From positions 558,001 to 622,000 of the forward strand of contig JASANG010003711.1 in assembly GCA_030248215.1 (NCBI GenBank): a DNA stretch of 64,000 nt, in the 5' to 3' direction. The translations under genes and the position numbers were made by a program. The notes under the pieces are model-generated. The model was not told where the DNA came from. It worked only from the letters and a program-made list of their open reading frames with translations, and did not search any database. This document shows positions 11,501 through 24,981 of the stretch, in pieces (the stretch's first letter is position 1; each line of letters begins with the position of its first letter). The DNA is from Enoplolaimus lenunculus (taxonomy: Eukaryota).

Positions 11501-14500
11501 GTAATTGACATTTTGAGCAAGTATCCAACGCAGGTTCTGCAAGATATAATAAGATTATGAAATATGTGATGGTTCAAATGTAAACTGAGATTTGCGAAGT
11601 CGTTTTACGTCACATAAATGATACAGAAGGATTGTCCGAAAGACCCAGAGGTAAAAATCCTTATGTGGACTCTGATCATAATGGCGAGTGAACCAGATCG
11701 ACAGCGACCCGGCCGGCATTTGCCCAAAAATATTTGGACTTTAAATTTTTTTTGCATAATTTGGCATTTGACGGCCTCTCCTGATCATTCCACACCGAAA
11801 TTTGAATTTTTGAAAAATTCGATCTATAAGGTCCCAAAAGTCAACCCTTGGGACCCAAACATTTTTCAAAAAATTAAACAAATTAAACCATTCGATGTAG
11901 ATGGCCGAGCTGAGTCAAATGGTGTTAAATATTCCACAATCAGACGTCTGGCAAACGAGTTATGGTCACATAACTGACTTGGTGCGCTTCTAGCGTTTTG
12001 GCGCGGCGTTAAATCAGTTTTGCTTCACTTGAACTCATTACCCAGACGTTTGATTGCGAAATAATTGACACCATTCCACTCAGCTCCGTATGCTACGTCG
12101 AAGTATAAGAGCAACTAAATCAGTCACGCAAGACCGGCAAACGCTTGATGTGTGGACGAAACAATCATCTTGCTAAAGATTGTAACAAAAAGACCCTGCT
12201 CAAAATATAAACAATATTCCAATGCTTAAACTCCTAAACTGGTTAATACCAGAAGGCAACAATGTTATAATATAATATAGTACGAAATAAACAAGGAATA
12301 CATCAACAGCTCAAATATGCCAGTTTTTAGTCATTGATCAAACAAATATATTTTGCAATGAATTAAAAATAATTTGTAAAAAGTATCCTAAAATTCGGAT
12401 AAATAGCCAGAAAGCGGAGCCGGAAATGTCTCAATTGTGTTAGCAGAAAGCAAAAAGTAAACATTTAAACTTCAATATCCGATTCCGTTATATTGATCAC
12501 TATTCGTTTCCGTTTCCGTTGATTTTACTATCCATTTACACCCTGCAGTATCCGTTTTGTTCCTTTGTTAATTTTTTTCACTCTGCTCCTATATGCTGGT
12601 GGCTTTGGCTTCCATGGTTCCACCGGATACAGTGGCCCAAAATTCAATGCTGATGCACAATAATTGTAGTCTGGTACGTATTGCACAATTTTCAAAATAA
12701 ATTCTAGACTCGATTATTCACAAATATATACTTTACAATTAGTTCTTTCATTATATGAATGAGAGTGTATGACTAATAAATACTTTTTGCCCAAGTATTA
12801 AATCACCTTTCAAGGTTATTAAAACCTGCAACGTTTTATGCCGTTGTTGGCAATTAATTTTTCGATAATTTGAGTCGGGGTAACTCGCGTATGATATTAG
12901 AACAGAGTGATTTAGACTGTAGCTGGTTAGAGGCTAAATACCAGCTGTACACAATACTACTGTCTCTGCGTTTTTCTGTGAAGGTTTAGTATGGCTGCGT
13001 GAAACGTAGGTATAGCGTTTGCAAGAAGTCTAAAATGTTTCTCGGAGCCCACATTCTCAAATGTGTATAGCAACTATCACCAGTTAGTAATAGCTTTTCA
13101 AACTCACTAACAATTACAATTGTGAAATTCAAAATTGGTACTGCCGCAGAGCAAATCATACGCGAAAAATGTGTGAAATTTTAAGCCTTAGCATTCACTG
13201 CTTCGAAAGTTACAACACCTATCACCAACTGATGCTAGGTGCTGCACACATTTGAGAATACGGGCCCTGGAACGTGTGTTATTTTGTTTCATATTAAAAA
13301 AATGGTTAGAAATAAGAATGCATTTTAAAAATAGGAATGGATATAAGATTTTGTAATGTGTAAATATTCCACAGCATAATGCAATCTGTTTATATTGATA
13401 AAGATGGAGCTTCGCCATAACTAATTCGAGTATCGTTCTAATTGGTATTAAGTTTTGGGCGCTTGTATAGAACAGGGCCGGATCGTTTTCCGCAGGCGCT
13501 ATAATAGAGTCAGTTTAAGCTTTAGACTAATTTTTACGCATCAAACTAGTTGCTACAAGATTTGAATCGGTAATCAGCGTCATTAAAATATAATAAGCGA
13601 CAAATGATATAACAGGCTGTTGAACCGCAATGTCAGTGAACAGTGGTTTATAAATGGGTCGTAAAAACGAAAGCGAATAGTGGTTAAAATAACGGGAAAG
13701 GCAAAACAAATGTCGAAGTAGACAAAGTTTGAATGACGTTCCATTGTTTCTGCAAGTACATATTATACGTCTTAGGGCTTTGTAATGTTTTGTAGAAAAA
13801 AAAGCGCATACACGAAAACTTTTTTTAATATTTTTGATTCAATTTATCATTTTTATTTCAAATCGAACAATTAATTGCAGCAGAAACTGTAGCGACAAAT
13901 TGTGCAATTTCTAGGTGATTTTCCAACACATATTATGGCCATACAAATAGCGGAAATTTCCCGTGTTTCAGTATTAACGAGTAGGTGCTAAAACGAAACC
14001 GTATACCGATTTTTATCAGAAACTGATATGAATATCAAATTACACCCATGACAGTAAAACATTGGCATACTAAATTATTTTTAAGATTTTATTTCAGCAT
14101 CAAGCGCTCTATAGTTTAACAACAACAATGATAAACTTTAATGAAAACATGTTGCAACTGATGTGGCATTGTTTATAATTTTGAAGCAACCAGCAATAGT
14201 TCATTTCAGACTCGGCGAATCAATAAAAGTAAATACCATACCATCATTTTGATTAGATATATTTTTTTGACTTTGGCAAAAGGCTTTCGATTTGCGTTCA
14301 GTTGACAACGGGAGTTCACGAAACGTCGGACTTCGTACGAAAAGGTCTGTTCTGGGATCTACAACGTTTTCGACTATATATTACTGAGGGAGACACTTTA
14401 ATATTAAAGGCACACCACCGCACGGTGCCGCCCGTTGGATGAACAAATGATTTTTACTAAACGCGCAGTGTCGCGAGGTGCCAGACTCCGCCATGCGGCG

Positions 14501-16502
14501 AATGAATATATAATTTAGTTTTATTTGTGACGCGCGGCGTCGTATTGGGGCATGAATAGTATAGTATCACCCTTAGTTTTTTTAAAAACGCAAATTTACC
14601 AGCTCAACAGATTGTCATTAGCAACAATGCACCCGTTAATAAGCTGTACTGTGTACACAAATGAATCGTTAATATTATATATTCGCATCATGTAAAATTT
14701 ATGTCCTACAAATTAGATAACTGATGTAAAAATTACAACTTGATTCGAACCAATAAAGTAACAAACGTATCGCAGCTAATTTTATAAACCACTGGAGTCC
14801 ATAATATATTTTAAGCTTTGAAAGATTTAGTCATTTAGTGGTAGGTCCAAAAATTGCTAACGGGTAGCGTACAATCACTACTGTGAGTATTTTATGACGG
14901 TAGTGTGGACAAATATATAATGAACGAAGCTTCGTGAGCGAAGTGAGCGAGAAACGTAACGCATGATAAATTAATATTTTCAACTTGGTTCAAATTTTTT
15001 CCTGTGGTAATACTTTACTTTTAATTTTTAGCAGTTGCGGCATGCAATGTACGGACGTTACCATTTTATCATAAAAATGTTCTGGTAAGTAGGCGGTACC
15101 CGTTCACGTACAGATCCAAGATATGCCCTCTAAAAAATTTATTGTCCTCTCAAGCAGCAAGTGTCTTGCAGTATACCCCACAATCGCTGATAGAATCTCC
15201 TTGTGTACGCGGGCAACGCCAAAATTGGGGTGCGTAAGCAGTACTTTTGACTAAAATAAATAGAGTGACCGTGTGTCACCCTTAAGCAGCCATATTTAGA
15301 CTCTATCTACATGTACGGAATTACTTAAGGTTCCTACACACAAAATATTGTCTTGAAATTTCAAGACATAAAAATGTCTGGTATTTCAGACATCAATAAC
15401 TTTAAACTACTCACAAATTCGTTTCTTAAATGGTTAAAGCATAAATGTCTTATGGTTAAGAAATTGCTGTTGCCAATTTATAAGACACAAATTTCTTTGT
15501 ATTAAGAAATATGGTTGTCTTTTATTCAAGAATTAATTTTCTGATTTTTGTGTATCTAAAAAAATTTGGTCCGTTTATATTAAAAGGGTATATAAATAAT
15601 GGAATTTTATAGATATTTCGGGTTGAGCTCAGGCTCGCCCAATGCTATGTTTACGTCTTGGACGTATCTTGGGTTGTAAAATTAGGGTATTTCGTGACTT
15701 TTAGCCTTCCAATTTTGGAGTCGGTTTCCATGGCAAATTTGTGTTAATAGTTCTCTTATATTTCAGAAATATTTTTTAATCGTTCAGAAAACAAAGTGTT
15801 AAATTTAAGACATTGAAGTGTTAAAAATTTTAGACCAATATTTCTGAAAAATTTGACAAATAAAGTCTTGAATTTAAAGACTAAGTGTCTGGAGTCTGTA
15901 CCAATACATAATTTTACTTTAAATTTCAGACAATATTTCTTGAATACAAGACAATTTATTTTATGTCTAGGGCAGTGTCATCGGCATATCCTCGCACAAA
16001 ATTGCCAGCTACCACGATTGCGTTTGTTTTATGCACGTTTGTTTCAGATTTTCTTGGATACAAACAAGCTACAGAATGTAGAACACAAAAATCACTTAAA
16101 ATAAAGATCAGATAGATATGCATACAAGGATGTCGTGGTTTCCTGGTTCACAGTTCCGAATTGGATAACGTTGCGAATACCTGCTTGCAAGCGTATGCGG
16201 TATTTTTTCTTTAACCCTAATGGTAACAGTATGTTTCAACTGCAAGTCTTTACTTAATACCGCCGTCAGGGGCGTCCGCAGAAAATTATATTTGAACTGC
16301 ATCGTATAGTTTTATGTGCCCCTAGAGTTGTAATTTAAGATCGTTTATTTTTAGACCTGGTCATTTGGGGGCATGCCCCCACCAATGCCCCCCTTGGCGA
16401 CGCCCCTGACCACCGTAAGCTTCAATGGTAGCAATGCAATGGGTTTGAGTGCTTAAAATGTAAACACTTTGAGTCATTGTCTTGGTTTGTGGGATAGTCG
16501 CC

Positions 16503-16647
16503 GGCTCCTGTATATGTTCAACCACATTTAATGTTAACGCTCAAGTTTGGGCTAAGCCTCAGGTAAAGGCTTAAGCAAAGGCTTATGCTTAGGGTAGGAT
16601 CTTTCCTGAACCTGAGCTTAAGTTTGTATAGAAAGTGTATAAGAGCC
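16503..16647. mobile_element. MITE family B (GGCTCTTGTA-type TIRs) with degenerate TTAGGC-like interior
   Basis: Ends ggctcctgtata…tataagagcc; interior (cacatttaatg…gctcaag…ggtaaagg) shared with 60735-60918. Confidence 0.55.
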
Positions 16648-17139
16648 CAAATGCATATATCGTTGCGCGAATTGCAACACGGGGTATCAGAAGTATAAGA
16701 GGGTAAAGGTTTTCAAACCGCGTTGCGCTTTACCCGCGGAAATTTATTTTTCACCCGCGGATATACCCGCGTAAAATTCCTATACCGTTTTACCGGCTTG
16801 CGCTTACACCAGCCCTTGTTTTTTCTTCTGTGTTCAATACAATTGTGTAATTTTACGGTGCATTGATGTTTACTCGCTACTTACTTTACACTCATTCAAG
16901 TTTTGCTACATTATCTGGTTTCAAGTTTTTTATTAAAATTTTAAGCGGGTAAAGACTCACAAATTTGTTCCCGCGCTATAAAATTCTGTGCTCTTTCGTG
17001 TCGGGTACTGTGCTATACGTCTCAAAACTTAACCTGACCGCAAGAATTTACTTATACGTTACGTGGTTATGTATCAGCGTAGGCCTTCATATACATAGAA
17101 TTCGTTCTTTCAAAAAATGGTTACGCGTAGCAGTTTTGA

Positions 17140-17296
17140 GGCCCATGTAAAGATCAGGGACTGAACGATTTTTACGGGACTGCAATAGAGTAAACTTAAT
17201 CTTTAGACTGTTTGTGCTAAGGCTTAGTCTTAGGCTTAGAAATAAGCTAAGGGATATGCTTATACTATTGTTACGGTCCTGTTCTTTACATTGGCC
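17140..17296. mobile_element. MITE family A (GGCC-ended, telomere-like cargo)
   Basis: ggcccatgtaaagatcaggg…ttaggcttag…cctgttctttacattggcc; no TSD recognisable. Confidence 0.75.
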
Positions 17297-20264
17297 AAAA
17301 GAGTCATTAACCATGAGCTTAAAAATTTAAATTCAGCGTAAATCGTTATGCTTCAACGTTCAAAACAATTCTTTTTTTGAATCAGCTCTTGCTCAAGAAT
17401 TAAGACAGATATATTTTCAAATGTAAATTAAGATCTGTAACGAAGCTAAAGACCGCATAACATGAGTATGTAAATAGGCATTGAATAAAATGTTTATTTC
17501 TGTTACGTATCAACACAACACAGCTCTGCTGATCGCAAAACAATCAACTGTCCCTCGTGAAAACATGCAATCCAGCTCATATATTAATCAGAAGGTGAGT
17601 TTGATGACACTGACAGATGCAAGAGATGCCACCTAAAGCCTTGATTCTCTCGACTGAAAATTGCATTTGGCTTCTTGCTCGCTTCGCTCACGAATTATTT
17701 TTGCCCAAATTTTTGCATCTGCCACTACTCGACAATTCCCTTTGGGAGATGTGGTTCAATTTTCAGGTTAGTTCGGCAGCTTTGTGTAAATTAAATTCTA
17801 AACTATTAAGAAAGAGTTTCAAACTGTAATCAAGTATGTGTCAGTATGTTTAATTTAAGTTAAAAAGTTAAATTAAAATGCGCTGGCTTATGTTAAACCC
17901 GAAACCTTTTGAAACCTGTGGCCAGCAGTGCGCAACACACAACTTAACCGTTTTTTGATTATTAATAAGCTAACGCTTCAACTCAAAACATTCCACAATT
18001 GAAAAATACACGTTTGCTCCTATCTTCACAGCGCCGCCAATTTCTTGTTCGCTCAATTTTTACGAAAACAGAAAAATGAATATGCCAGCCTGTTCTTCTT
18101 GTGGTATTTACTCGAATTTTTTAAAAAATGGCATTAAATATTAAAGTTGCTTAGACCCAAAGTTTTAAAGACTTCACATCTTCGCAATATTTTTTTGTTA
18201 TTCTGTCAACATTTTCTTTATGCGTTGTGTTCGAGTGAATTTTAGATCCAGGCGGTTCAGATGGCTGCCTGCAAGGCGTTACTGATTATTCGCTTGGTCG
18301 TCATTAAACCGTAAGTTAGAAGTGAAACAGGTGTTTGTGTAGTGACACGAATTAGACGGAACGACTGGTGTTTACTTAGCGTCCCGAAAGTGTGCCCCGT
18401 TGGTTATTAAGTTTTCAACACATCACCTCTTGTTATTTGGACAACATACCTTTCGCTTATGCCATTCATTTTCAATGATTTAATTTGATTCGTTACTTTA
18501 CCACTATGGTTTGAATTTGAAGGTAGGTAACATTGAGTAATCAATCGAATTCTGTGCTAATTTTGATATGGTCCTGATCTGATCCCGGAAGCATTCACGC
18601 TATCTAATTAGGAAAGTTAACGGCTATAGAGTCTAGCTAATAATTTTGGACTCTGGAGTCCTATTGAAGCTGTCCAAAAATACGGACACCCCACTATTAT
18701 TACACCGTCTTTTTTATTCGGGTCACTACAGTATAGATTTTTTGCGATTTAATACTGCAATTTGGTCAAAATTTCCTTAGCATCGGACTACGTTTATAAC
18801 TTCAGTTTTGTAAAAATTCGAATTTAAAATCGTTTCAAAAAATTCTGAGAGTTTTTTTATCATTTTTTAAAATGGGACAAACAGTCGTATTAAATAATTC
18901 CAACGTTTGTATGCTTATACGTTGGCATAATTAACGCGACCCGTGTCAAGAATATGGGCCTGTCCGCTGGCGAGATAGTGTCAAATTTGGACAGATATGG
19001 ACTGAGAAGCTTTGTCTTAGGCTTACACTTAGGATAAGGCTTATGTTTACGCTTAACCTTAGGTTAAGCTTAGGTTTAAGCTTATGTATTACTAGGCAAA
19101 CCCCCTATTGTATACATCGACTCGAGGTTGCTACGTAGTGATTAAAGCAATTGCCAAAATGACAATACCATCCTTGAAAACAACGAATTTTTAGCGTCGA
19201 AATAATTATTGTTCGTTAAACATTTAATATTCTAATCATATAACGCTCAAATAGGTACAGTGTGGCTTTTGTTGACCAAATACTATATTATTTTCAAGAA
19301 TTGTTTTGTACATTTTGACGTCTGTGCATGAAAAGAAACTTTTTGAACCATTAATTATAGATGTTCATTTGTTCACTGGATGGTCCATTTTTTGCGACTA
19401 TTTTGCCTTTATATTCATACCTTTTCAACCAAAAATACTTTTTTATCCGGTCGCTAAGTTTTAGCTTTTTGTGAAATATAAGTTCTTACTAGTATTTAAT
19501 GTGCTATTAGCTATGTGAGCTATAAAACATTTATTTATACACTGCTTTTGGAGCATTGTATATGAAATAAAATGTTTACCCCTGAAATTTCCGGAGAGAC
19601 AAAAGCAAGGCATTTTTATAGAATTTACTAGAACCCACTGAATCATAGGGTGCAAAAATTTTCTTGCTCGGTATGCTGGGTAATAAACTTTTGACGCTGA
19701 GATACTATCACGAAATGAAAATTTGACTACAAGCTTTGACTTTAACATCTGTGCGTTTAAGTATGAAACTAGCAATTTAAGGTAGGCACGTGGTCAAAGG
19801 TTTTGTGCCAATAATGAAAAATTTGTATTACATTTCTGTTTGTCCATGTCGGTAATATATCGCATGACTTTACAGGCGCGTAGCTAGTTGACTTTACTAA
19901 ACGAGATTCAAAGTTTTTCAGGAGTGGCATACAAGAATTTTAATTGACTTACAAGCAAGGTTCTAAATTTTCGGGGGGCGGCAAATTTTTCCACGGGGCG
20001 CTGACCACTCAAACTCCCCTGATTTCCACATGGCTACGGGACAAGTCTAAAAGAGCCAATTGTGTAGTTTCGTTTGAAATAAAAGATGTAACAGGACGTT
20101 TTCATACAGTTCCTGTTCATTTATTTCAGGATAGTTGGCCTCAGAGTTTCGACCGAAAATTGGACAAACAAATTGTTTTAATTTTAGTTTGACGATAATT
20201 GCTGTTTACTTGTTCATATATAATTACAGAATTTCATTGAACGCTTTACATTTCGGCTATCTCG

Positions 20265-23200
20265 ATGCAAGCTCATTTACACAAAAAACATCGCGGATAT
20301 CGGCAAGCGATGGCTCGCCAACGAGCCGTCGCCGCCGCAACAGGACTATACACAACTGCAGCTGCGTCTCAGATCCACCGTCAGCCCCACCCCTATCCCA
20401 AGCCTAATCCTATTGACGTTCCCTGGCCTGCACCACCGCCTCCTAGCACCAGACCCACCAAGGAGCATCAACCACGCTGGCGTCCAATTCGCACTATGTT
20501 TGGATTTCTTGGCAATTTAGGCCAATTAATTGAAAGTTTAGGTAATGTGGTTGGAACTCGTGTCAAGCGACTTGCAGATTTAGCGAGTCACCTAAAAAAT
20601 TTATTCCCAGCGATAATTCTCGTCGCCCTATCGGCGTTGGGTACCGTTTTGATGTATTTAATCGAACATTATACTCCGGTCCGCATTGAAAATCCGCCGT
20701 TGAGCCCGTATGGCTGTTTGACGAACGTATCGTACTGGCGAACGTTAAACTTTATCAATTCTCTCAGCACAACCGTTGGTAAGTAGTAACCGTTTAACAG
20801 AAGGTTGAGAGCTTGAGAGCTCGATACAGCCAGAGTGACTTTATAAACCGGTTGCTGCTCGATTATTGCTAGCTCAAGGCTTTGCCGAGGACTAAGGGCA
20901 CAGACGTTGGTAAAAGTTGCATATAATGCGTATTTGCGATATGATAGCTATTGTAGTACTTCTTGGGTAATATTTTATTAGTTGCCGACGATTTTTGTGA
21001 TTCATCTGATACAGCTTTTTGAGAATGCTATACCAACGTTTTATTTCAGATAATTAACAGGTTTATTAAAACTTTGAATTGTTTGAAAAATTCATATTTG
21101 CCATCACTTAGGGCAAGCTTCCGCCCCAAATAGATAGAGAATACAATATTTTCATAGCGGACATCTGCTGCTTAAATGCTATTTCGCATCAAATGTTGAA
21201 ATTTAAGTATGGGGGGTTAAAAATTATTCAAAAGGGGCATACAAGTGTTTTCGCTGATATACAAGCAAGATTGAAAATATTCCTGGGGTCCAAAACTTTT
21301 TGACTGCAATGTTTAAGTTACAGATTCCGTATTTTAGGTTATGGAACCAATTATCCGTGCACTGATTGTGGTCGAATTTTCACTGTAATCTATATTATAA
21401 TCAGCGTACCGCTTAACGTTCTTGTGCTGGACAATATTGGCAAAATTTGCCTCAAACTACTTCACTGGATTTGGCCTCGGGTGAAAAAATTTATACACAA
21501 ACTTTACCGGTATCGTAACTGCCTTCGATTGCGCAAAGTTCACGACCAAAAAGTATAAAATTGTTTCATAGAAAGCGAATTTCATGCAGTGCCGGAGCAG
21601 ACAGAGGTGGGAGCCCCACAAACTCCATGATGGAGTCCCCAGCGTAAAGTTGGATACAGAATTTTTCATGTTTGATCTAAGGTTGTCCGAGCTCACGCTC
21701 GTGTTTGATAGTTGTTGTGACACCTTTTTAAAAACAGTTTCACACAAAAGTTGCAAATGATGGATTTAGAAAGTGAAGCCATCTTTAAAATCAATCAAAC
21801 TTCTCGAGAGAATTTTTTTGACAATTTTTAAAGTAGCTAAACAGCTCATATGAGGTAAATTTATTTACAGTTTTCATATGCTCGAACCAGGGGAGACAGC
21901 ACACGGCACAGCTTATCGTTCTTGATTGTATATTTCGTTTTATGAGAATTATATTACTTTAAGAAAAACTGTAACCAGCGAGTGTATTGAGCCAAAAAAT
22001 TTGTTGTCATTTAGCAACCTGATGGTTAATTTAAGGCCTGTGTAGTATCTAAAGCCATTAAAAAATGGTGCAAAGGTACGTATTTCAAAACTTCGGCAGT
22101 CTCTGCAACATCCTTTTACGATGGGGGCCCTTTAGCGGCGGGGTCCCCAAACGGGGGTATAGGATGGCGGGTGGTTGCTCCGGCCCTGATTTCATGCCAT
22201 AACATTTCCATCCTGACGACGTTTTGGCGCTTGTACACTTTCCGTGCACATTCAGGGTACAGGTTTAGGCTTAGGCAGTGGATTAAACTTAGGAAAATAC
22301 TTACGCAAATTTGCAATTACAGGCATTATACAAGAGCCTGATGTTTTATTCTCATTAAACTACAAAGCAGCCGTGAAAACGATTATTAATTTTAGTTGTC
22401 TGTCACACCGAACCGTATGTAAGCATATATGTCTTCTTTAAAATACCATGCGAAGACATGGTTCACTGGTGTTCATTCTGATACCAGAAACCTAAATATG
22501 TTTAGATAAGTCTGACTTTCCGGAAATAATTATATACTTAAAATTCTATATCACACATATGTAATTGTCGGAGCCGATCTTGAAACATTTTTTATTTCCC
22601 GATTTTTGTGTCACTAGTTAAAAACATACAAAGTAGTATCTAAAAAATTAGTCATAAACGAGGAAACTAAAGAATTAGGCGTTGTTTAGGTCGGTTAAGC
22701 TTGGATAATCTGTGCCTCTCGACGGATTAACGCCTTATTCACACGTGCAAGTTTTTGCTGTGAGAACTGGCAGCTGCAACTTGCGCTTGCAAATTTTGTC
22801 CAAAATCCCGTTCGAAAAACTTGCAGCTGCAAATAATTCCTTAAAAATGAAAGCTAGAAATTTAGTTCATATGTGTGAATAACCATGCAAGTTCAATGAA
22901 TTTATTGCATCTGCTTTCTCATTGGCTGATGAAAAAATGGACCAATGTAAACAACAGGGGCGGAATAGTATTATAAGCATATTTTTAAGCCTAAGCCTAA
23001 GCCTAAGTGTAAGAATGAGCATATTCCTAAGTCTAAGCCTAAGCCTAAGCCAAGCAAAAAATATTAGTGTAAACCTTAAGCTTACTTTATTCTACTCCCG
23101 CAGAAAAACGTACCGCCCCTGATCTTTACATATGCCAAAAAATGCAAGTTCTGCGTGCAGTTTGCAGCGCAAGTTTTCACAGCAAAAACTTGCACATGTG

Positions 23201-24981
23201 AATACGGCTGTATACAAAATATCCGTCAATGTCTCACATATAGTATATTTGTGATATTAATAAATGGTTTTCAGCTTTCAAACAAATTTCACGCCAATGG
23301 TAACGCAGCGATTTCAACTGTTGTAACTGTCGAAAATCAATCCGATAAAAGCCTTCATACATTACAACAAGCTTCGTTGCCATTTTCGCTTGGACTCGCA
23401 GTTGCATTAGTGTGGATTTTGATTACATCGTTATATTTTTCGTTTACCGAAGGTATTATTTATGTATCATTTCATGTCACGATTTATGTCCAGGTTTTAA
23501 ACTTAAGAAAAGCTCGCCTGCAACACTGCTGTCTATGTATAGCATCTGATTCGGAAACTTTTCCTCGCGCGTACAAGGACGTATTGAGAGGGATCCCGGG
23601 ATCAATTTTCCCTACCAGGCCCAAACGAAATTAAAAATTTATAAATGTATGGGCCAATGTTACTTTAAGGGGCGTAACACTAGATTATGCGTATTCCTAA
23701 GTCTAAGCCTACGCCTAACCGTTGCAAAAATGTGTTCCTAAGCCTAAGCCTAAGCCTAAACAAAAAAATGTAATCTAGAATCTAAACCTACTATTTTACA
23801 GACTCACCAAGTCAAACTTCAAATGTCAACAGTATAGTTTATGCGTTTCAGGTTGGGCATACTCATCGTCAATTTATTTCACATTTGTATCACTAACAAC
23901 CGTTGGGCTTGGCGATTTTGCACCTTCGCGCATGAATTTAACGATTTTAAATTATTTTACAATTTTCATCGGATTAGCAATGCTATCGACTTGCATTAAT
24001 ATTATGCAAGAAAACGTTGACCATTTAATTGAAAATCTTCAAAATCAAATTAAAGAAAATTATAAACAGCAACTGCTTCAATCGCAAGGTATGTTTGAAT
24101 GAAAACTGTTTTGATACTTGATTCAGATACTTGTTCAGTTTATAGGGTCCATATAAAAATCAGAGGCGGAATAATATTGTTAAGGATTGGAATAGAGTGA
24201 GATTTAGACTAATTTTATGTTTGCTTTGGCTTACTAGGTATAAGCTCACTGTTACGCCCAGGCTTTTTCTTAGGCTTAAGCTTTAAGAATATGCTTACAC
24301 AACTGTTACGCCACTGTTCTATACATTGGCCATTTTATTGCCGCCTAGTACCACAAATCATGCCGCTTCAAATTCTTGCCGGCACAAACTTGCATGTACA
24401 AATTGCCGTTTCAAGTTCTCGTTGCAAAAACAGGGAGCCTATGATTAAGAATAAGCTTTGACGGAAATGTGGGGGGCTTGTGTACGACAGCGTTTTTTTG
24501 GCTTACAGTAGACGATCAGGAAACCGAAGACGAAGAAGAATACGCGACGACCACAACGGACGGTACGGAAACAAGTGGCCCAACAATATCAAGCAAATTG
24601 GCGGCAAAACGAAAAAAACTAAAACGCCGAATGACAAAAGCCGCCAGCATCGATCCGTCAAAACCGTTCGGTTGGTTGGCGTCACTGATGAGCGATAAAC
24701 AAAAAGAACAACTCCACGAAATGTACGTTCAATCGTTGAATATGAAAGTGTGTGCAGTTCAAGCTACAGTGCCAATGATTGATTCTCAATGCGAAGCTGC
24801 AATTGTACGCTCAGTGGATACTGCAGTGCAGCTCAAAATCCCGACATCGGATGCGATTTGTCAAATTTGTGCCGAAATCACAGAAACCGCGATGCAAACC
24901 GTTCCGTTTGTTACCAAGCGACGAACGATTCAAACGCAAACTGAAGAGGTTCGTAACGCGCCGGCAAGATGGAGATTTTAA
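20265..24981 (+). CDS. Two-pore-domain potassium channel (K2P/TWK-like), paralog A
   Basis: Exons 20265-20778, 21338-21552, 23275-23452, 23852-24088, 24509-24981, all GT-AG and phase-compatible. P1 STTVG|YG, P2 SLTTVGLGDFAP, four TM segments. The start could instead be the MFGF Met near 20496. Confidence 0.9.
22732..23208. mobile_element. TIR element (family C) interrupted by a family A MITE
   Basis: TIRs gccttattcacacgtgcaagtttttgctgtgag…/…ttcacagcaaaaacttgcacatgtgaatacggc; an uninterrupted right part occurs at 44282-44358. Confidence 0.75.
22940..23136. mobile_element. MITE family A, nested copy
   Basis: gaccaatgtaaacaacaggggcgg…(gcctaa)n…ccgcccctgatctttacatatgcc; perfect 8-bp TSD AAAAAATG (22932-22939 / 23137-23144). 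Confidence 0.85.
24146..24331. mobile_element. MITE family A, degenerate copy
   Basis: ggtccatataaaaatcagaggcgg…cgccactgttctatacattggcc. Confidence 0.7.

Noticed and set aside
8600..20200. Short ORFs (e.g. 11618-11977) as genes
   Set aside because: No recognisable motifs or coherent exon chain; the region is dominated by decayed repeats.
22922..23122. Family of small 'LSLSLS' ORFs (also 17087, 58996, 59039)
   Set aside because: These are translations of the hexamer repeats in family A MITEs.
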